A stretch of DNA of 63,611 nt, the filler included, from Sanchytrium tribonematis (Eukaryota), in assembly GCA_018985235.1 (NCBI GenBank). It is 25 parts of 25 records of this genome, joined end to end, with 100 filler letters (N's around TTAATTAATTAA, not from the genome) between each part and the next. Parts side by side here need not be neighbours in the genome. Positions count along the whole stretch, not along the records: positions 58,167 to 59,919 come from JADGIG010001214.1; positions 60,020 to 61,766 come from JADGIG010001215.1; positions 61,867 to 63,611 come from JADGIG010001216.1; 22 more parts are not named here. One strand, 5' to 3'. The notes below the pieces were generated by a model. The model was not told where the DNA came from. It made no database searches and saw nothing but the letters and a program-made list of their open reading frames with translations. This document shows, piece by piece, positions 58,167 to 63,611 of this stretch (position 1 is the stretch's first letter; every line of letters starts with the position of its first letter). The position numbers were made by a program, and so were the translations under genes.

Positions 58167-59919
58167 AAGACTGTCTGATTGAAAGTAGCTTGAATAGATA
58201 GCGTTTGCAAAGTCGGAGCGATGTCTGAAACTGAAAACGCGAAACCGTTTGTTGGTAAAAGTTGACTGAGCTTAGTCACTTTAACACTTGTGACACTCTC
58301 ACCAGTACATAAAATTTCTCCAAAATTCATGAGTCCAAAGCAACAATTCTCTTCAGCAGTTATATAATCAGCACCCCATTTTTTAAACATATTCATTGCG
58401 TACGAGCATGATTCTGGATTAGATGGCCCCGAATATCTTTGTACTTCACTTCTACAGAATGTCATATTGGTTAAATCATTTTGTGCAATATTATTCATTG
58501 AAACATCGCATTTTCCAGTTGTAATTTTATTAAGAATTAAGATCTTATCAATGAAATTATCTCGGAATGAAAACACTGAATTGGCTCCCATAATAAAATT
58601 AGACATGTCTATGGTCCCGCTTATCTTGTTATAAGACAGTAAGATTGTAAGAAAAGTATTCCTTTTAATTGATTTTGGACTGAATCAAACAAGTTATGAG
58701 ACGCATCGAGAAACCTCAATTGACTGAGATTTGGAATAGTGCCATTTAGGTTGTTTCTACCAATATTTAATGCGGTTAGACTAATAGGAATTTTGCTCAT
58801 TACTGAACCTGTCAAATTATTACTTGTCAAGTATAAATAATTTAAACTGGTTAATCCGCTAAAGTCTGGGAACGATCCTTGAAGATTGTTATTGTATAAA
58901 TAAAGCGACTTTGAAGTTCCAGGCAAAAGAGTGGCATTTATAGTGCCATTTAAATTCGGCATATCTGTGAGTTGAATATAGGTCACACGGTTGTTAGTAC
59001 AGGATACAAATGATAATATAGAATCACAGCAATTGGATACGGTGGATATGTAATTGAAATATACTGGTTTGGCAGTATCTAAATTCAACTGTTTGAAAAA
59101 TAAAATGAGATTTGGGCAATCTTCAGAGGGAGTTGGTTGCTTGATTTTGTAATCGCAACCACGAGTTTGTAAATTTGTCAACTGAGCTTGGTTATCGGGC
59201 TCAAAATACATATTGTATGAATTGCAATAGGTAATTTTCTCGAAATGAGTCACAAATAAACGGTTAAAACTTGTTTGACTTATTTCCAAATCCGTGATAT
59301 TGGGAGATGAAATCGTCAAGCTACCAGTTAATTGATTTCCGTAAATTTTCAAGATGCGAATACTCTTAAAGTCAAAGGAGATGGGGCCATACAAATTTGA
59401 GTTGGTTGCATCAATAATTTCGATCGTGTCTGGGAGATTCGGAAAAGGACGTGGGGACAAAGTATTACCATTGGCATTGTGGAACTCTTTCAAATTGATA
59501 GGATTGAGTGGCAATTTGTAGTCAGAGCAAGCATATATGTAAATGACCACCAAAGAATCTGGCAGCCTGGGGATACTGGTCATTTGAGTTTGAGTCATTG
59601 CAAAGTATGTGAGATTTGGAAGTGCACTCATTTCTAGTCGAATATCAAGAACATACATCAAGTTCAATACTTTAAGCGTCTCAGGTAGCTGACGAATAAT
59701 CAAGGATTTTCGGCTCCTATTCAAATCCAATACGCGTAAATTAGATGGAAATGTAACAACCGGATACACATTCTTGTTATAATTCAATGTAAATCCCCAA
59801 TGCAACTCTGTCACTGTCCCATTCTCACATTTTACTCCATATCCCAAACAGCAATCTTGCTCATACTGCACGAAGTAATCTGTATTTGTATACTTGATGT
59901 CCATGTCTAAAGCTAATTG
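58167..59919 (-). CDS. Multi-module LRR protein, internal fragment, with a 1-bp frameshift near 58653
   Basis: Three Cys caps (DCC/NCC). The two ORFs join as LKGILF/LTILLSYNKISGTI across a T run. Confidence 0.82.
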
Positions 59920-60019
59920 NNNNNNNNNNNNNNNNNNNNNNNNNNNNNNNNNNNNNNNNNNNNTTAATTAATTAANNNNNNNNNNNNNNNNNNNNNNNNN
60001 NNNNNNNNNNNNNNNNNNN

Positions 60020-61478
60020 ACATGGAACTAAATTACAATACTGTGCGCTCTCACTACAAGCTTTTTCGTGAGTATGAGGCACAGGCATTTCGTCAACTTT
60101 TCACACCATTGGGAGGTCCAGGTCATTCAATTGAAATTGATGAAGCGCTATTTAGAAAGCGCAAATATCATCGTGGTAGAGTACTTTGTACTTTTTGGAT
60201 TCTTGGATTTGTTTGTAGATCTTCTGGAAAAACTGTTTTGATCCCCGTGTTAAATCGCAAAATTGCAACTATTAAGTTTTTTATTGAAAAATTGGTGCTG
60301 CCAGAAACAACAATTTACACCGACAGCTACGCTTCTTACAATTTCATCCAACATCATCCAAATAACTACCAACATTTTAAGATAAATCATAGTTTGCCCG
60401 GTGTTGGTCGATTTGTTAACCCTCAAAATTCACAGATCAACACGCAGACAATTGAATCGCGTTGGAGGGAATTTAGGGCTCACTTACCAACTTATGGTGT
60501 CTCAATGGACAGTTTGGAAAATTATATTTACGACTTCATGTTGCGTCGTCATTTGGGTCTTAAGAGAGAGCGCAAAGACAATCCTAATGCATATTTGGAA
60601 TATATAAATGCAATTACATCTGCATATCCGCCATGTACAACTGATAGTGCCATTTCAAGTGGCCAAAACTTTGAAATGTTTGAACATTTTTACATGTTGC
60701 AAGGTCATTATTTATTAATTTAGAGCTCCGAAATGAAGGAATACGCTATAGTGGAGCTGGATATGAGATTGTAAATGGTAAAATGCAACCAGTATTTAAT
60801 AATGTGGATGATGCAGTTGTATTTGACTTTGCAACTAATGCTGGTGAGGATTCTGATAGTACTGGTTATGTGAATGCAATGTAATGCTTTAGTGGCTAAT
60901 AAATTTGATTGTTTTTACAGAATTGGAATGTTTTTAGTGGAGATACCCACAAATGTTTCACGGGTCATTGTACAACGAACACAAATTGTTGTATCACAAA
61001 ATGGATAACAAATATGAAAATTATACATAAAAATAGTATTTCAAAATATTTACTGCGAATGTTTATCATGTTGTTATGCCACAGGTTGATGAAAAACATC
61101 AAATTTGCAATTTATTTTATAAATGATCTCAAATTTTATTTCTGTCACTTAAACATTTTTGATTTGTTGATTAGATTCATTTGAAAGCCCTCTTTCTATG
61201 CTTTACAAAATGACCCAACTTCAATAGGTTATCACTTATATTGACTCGGGCAAATGGATTTAAAGGCAAATTTGCCAACACGTTTCGGACGTCAACCCAA
61301 TCAATCTCATTCTTTAAAATACGTTAGATGGTCCAATGAAATCTTTTCTTTTGTTTCTTTTATTCTAACCAATGAATAATCACTCATTGACGGCTCAAAT
61401 TTGTGACCACATTGTGATCAATTAGGGGTTACTTGTGATCATTGGGGTAACTCCAGTAACTCTTTATAGTATCATACC
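60020..61478 (+). mobile_element. Merlin (IS1595/ISXO2-like) DNA transposon, left end missing
   Basis: Transposase motifs, short subterminal repeats at 61410-61460, and a putative end ...TATCATACC (GGTA on the minus strand) abutting LRR sequence. Confidence 0.72.
60022..60884 (+). CDS. Merlin DDE transposase, 3' part, with probable 20-nt intron 60704-60723
   Basis: IEIDE, YHRGR, TIYTD, INHS and NTQTIESRW motifs. Splicing extends the frame by 53 codons to the TAA at 60884. Confidence 0.85.
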
Positions 61479-61766
61479 GATATCACAAGTGCCAATTTGA
61501 TTGACGGTAGTTGTTCTGCTGGTGGTGCTGAGAATCCTTGCATGATTCAAAATAATCCAATTTCCAATTCTTCCAATTTTCCAGTCAATTGCCAATTAAA
61601 TTTACTCTAAAGACTGGATATGGCTGCGAACAACTTGCAATATTCGCAAAATTAATGAAATTGGATGTCACTAAACCAGATTATTACGAATCTTTGTTAC
61701 AAGATTGTTGCTCGATGATTGATATTATTTGCAAGCAGGGGATTGTAGATCAAATTGATTGGTATG
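61479..61766 (+). pseudogene. Disrupted LRR-family gene fragment
   Basis: NNPISNSSNFPVNCQLNL..GYGCEQLAIFAK..QDCC..CKQGIVDQIDW closely matches the 39389..41180 protein; frameshift/stop near 61607. Confidence 0.8.
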
Positions 61767-61866
61767 NNNNNNNNNNNNNNNNNNNNNNNNNNNNNNNNNN
61801 NNNNNNNNNNTTAATTAATTAANNNNNNNNNNNNNNNNNNNNNNNNNNNNNNNNNNNNNNNNNNNN

Positions 61867-62136
61867 TTGCAAACTACTTTGAAGGAAAATGAGAATCTTT
61901 TAAAATCCAACGCCTTGTTGGTTACATCAGCTGCTGACCTTCAAAATGACAACTTAAATCTCGCAAAGGAAATCCAATCACAAAAAGAACTCAGAAACAA
62001 GTATTTAGATTCTTTGACTAGTACTAGAATTTACGCTGAAAAATGTCAACAATTATTATTTGAGAATGATCGAAAGAATATAGAGATACGTGATCTGGAA
62101 GCCAAATTAAAAATTGATGAAGAAGCCCACCAATAA
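61867..62136 (+). CDS. Coiled-coil protein, C-terminal fragment
   Basis: Heptad-like E/K/L/Q-rich ORF ending CAATAAA. Confidence 0.5.
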   Translation: MQTTLKENENLLKSNALLVTSAADLQNDNLNLAKEIQSQKELRNKYLDSLTSTRIYAEKCQQLLFENDRKNIEIRDLEAKLKIDEEAHQ

Positions 62137-62390
62137 ATATTTAGAATCAACTATTCATTGGTAAGTTAAGATGAATTAAAGAATTAATGAATTTACTGCT
62201 TTTACTGCTTTTACTAGATATTCGACCAGTAACACCATAGTCTGACAGATGATTGAAGCTTATCTTTTAGAATAACGCCTACGAGTTTGAGAATCATATC
62301 TATAATTTTTGATATTGAATACCATGTTTCCAATTATTCAAAGTGTTTCCATTTTTTGAAACACAATTTCTTTCAAATTTTACAATTTAT

Positions 62391-62897
62391 TTATGGCAAG
62401 TTATTTTTACAATTTTGGAAATCATCATCCAGTCTTGTTGATTTTGTATCAGCAAGTTGCTGAATACAAGCGAGTCGATCTTCCTTTGTAATGACTCTAC
62501 CACTACTATTTCTTTCTTGCCCATCATCCACATTGGCAACTGGATTCGATTTTCCTTTCTTTGTTGATTTCTTGGATTTCTTAGGTGGTGCTTTAGCCTT
62601 TTTAGTACCCTTTTTAGATTTCTTTCCAGATTTGCTGGATTTTGTTGTTGCGACTGGAGTAACAGCACTGTCAATTGAGACACCCGGATCTCCCATAACA
62701 CCCATACCATCCATACCATCTGAAGACATATCCATACCATCAGGTATATCTCCAATAGGTTGTTGGGCCATGACACTGCAATCTGCGATCCAATTGTAAT
62801 AATTTGCAGAAGCTAATTTTCCAGTTTTATAGTAATACCAAGCCCACGCCCAACAAACACTAACAGCTGCAGAATGAACAACATTTATAAACAACAT
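62391..62897 (-). CDS. Small secreted Cys/Trp protein, paralog 1
   Basis: Leader MLFINVVHSA; VCWAWAWYYY..NYYNWIADC; Lys-rich linker; DFQNC end. Confidence 0.72.
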   Translation of the reverse strand: MLFINVVHSAAVSVCWAWAWYYYKTGKLASANYYNWIADCSVMAQQPIGDIPDGMDMSSDGMDGMGVMGDPGVSIDSAVTPVATTKSSKSGKKSKKGTKKAKAPPKKSKKSTKKGKSNPVANVDDGQERNSSGRVITKEDRLACIQQLADTKSTRLDDDFQNCKNNLP

Positions 62898-63235
62898 TAT
62901 TCTGCGGGATGTGGATAGTTTAAATAGATTTCAAGTCTAAATGAATTGAAATTTGATTGGTGCCATAATTTTAATTTGATTGCAAATTGATGCTTAATGA
63001 ATTGACGCCCTTTCAAAAGGCATTTCAAGCATCCCCAGGCATACTTTGTAATAAGGGACCATATGAAGTGACTGTCCAAGCAGTTTTACTATGGCAACTT
63101 TAATGGAAAATAATTCATATATTAAATGGGAAATCTCAACTTTTAAACAATCTGATTATCCGAATTTCTGACTCTTAGATAATTTAATTATAGTTAGCAA
63201 TCTAAATTGTTAAATTTGAATAAAATAACAAATAT

Positions 63236-63611
63236 TTAAAATTTATTGACACAATTTTGGAAATCTTTTTCCTTGTTATTTGAATTCGCAATTGATTTGA
63301 GACAAATAGTACGTTGATATCGATAAACACGATGTCCTTTTGCATTTTTGTAAATTGAAGAAGCCAATACGACATTGCTATTTTCATTCACTGCAGAATT
63401 TGGAATAATTAATGGAATGGTCGTTGGACCTGTATTTACAGGTGTCTTGCTTTTAGAAGGATCGCCTGATAGTAAATGAGCTGGTTGGGCACCATATACA
63501 CAACAATCTGAAATCCAGTTGTAATAATTGTCAGAACTCAACATGCCTCTTTGCAAATAATAATAACCCCAATTCCAACAGACATTCAGAGAAGCACTTA
63601 ATACAATTTGA
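63236..63611 (-). CDS. Small secreted Cys/Trp protein, paralog 2 (start outside window)
   Basis: VCWNWGYYY..NYYNWISDC and C..DFQNC match the neighbouring gene. Confidence 0.72.
   Translation of the reverse strand, partial: QIVLSASLNVCWNWGYYYLQRGMLSSDNYYNWISDCCVYGAQPAHLLSGDPSKSKTPVNTGPTTIPLIIPNSAVNENSNVVLASSIYKNAKGHRVYRYQRTICLKSIANSNNKEKDFQNCVNKF

Overview
This is eukaryotic, AT-rich, gene-dense DNA, most consistent with an early-diverging parasitic fungus. The fungal ITS1F site is intact and the rDNA is divergent. The LRR expansion and compact layout suggest a sanchytrid-like lineage, which is inference only. The window is not a real locus. It is about 25 unrelated contigs joined by 100-bp N/TTAATTAATTAA/N linkers, so only within-contig neighbourhoods mean anything. 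Contents: housekeeping genes, many short-signal-peptide secreted proteins (a tandem cluster of EEP/DNase I-fold enzymes, a tandem cluster of FCP1/SCP phosphatases, LRR receptor-like proteins), transposons (Tc1, LINE, a Ty3/gypsy with an internal PHD finger, Merlin, a MITE-like element), a GC-rich probably foreign contig, and rDNA with a group I intron. The most striking signal is not in the ORF track. All six host-gene introns I could reconstruct are exactly 19 nt (GTA...TnAnnTAG, invariant A 6 nt from the 3' end), and a transposon carries a probable 20-nt version. This points to a fixed-length micro-intron splicing system.
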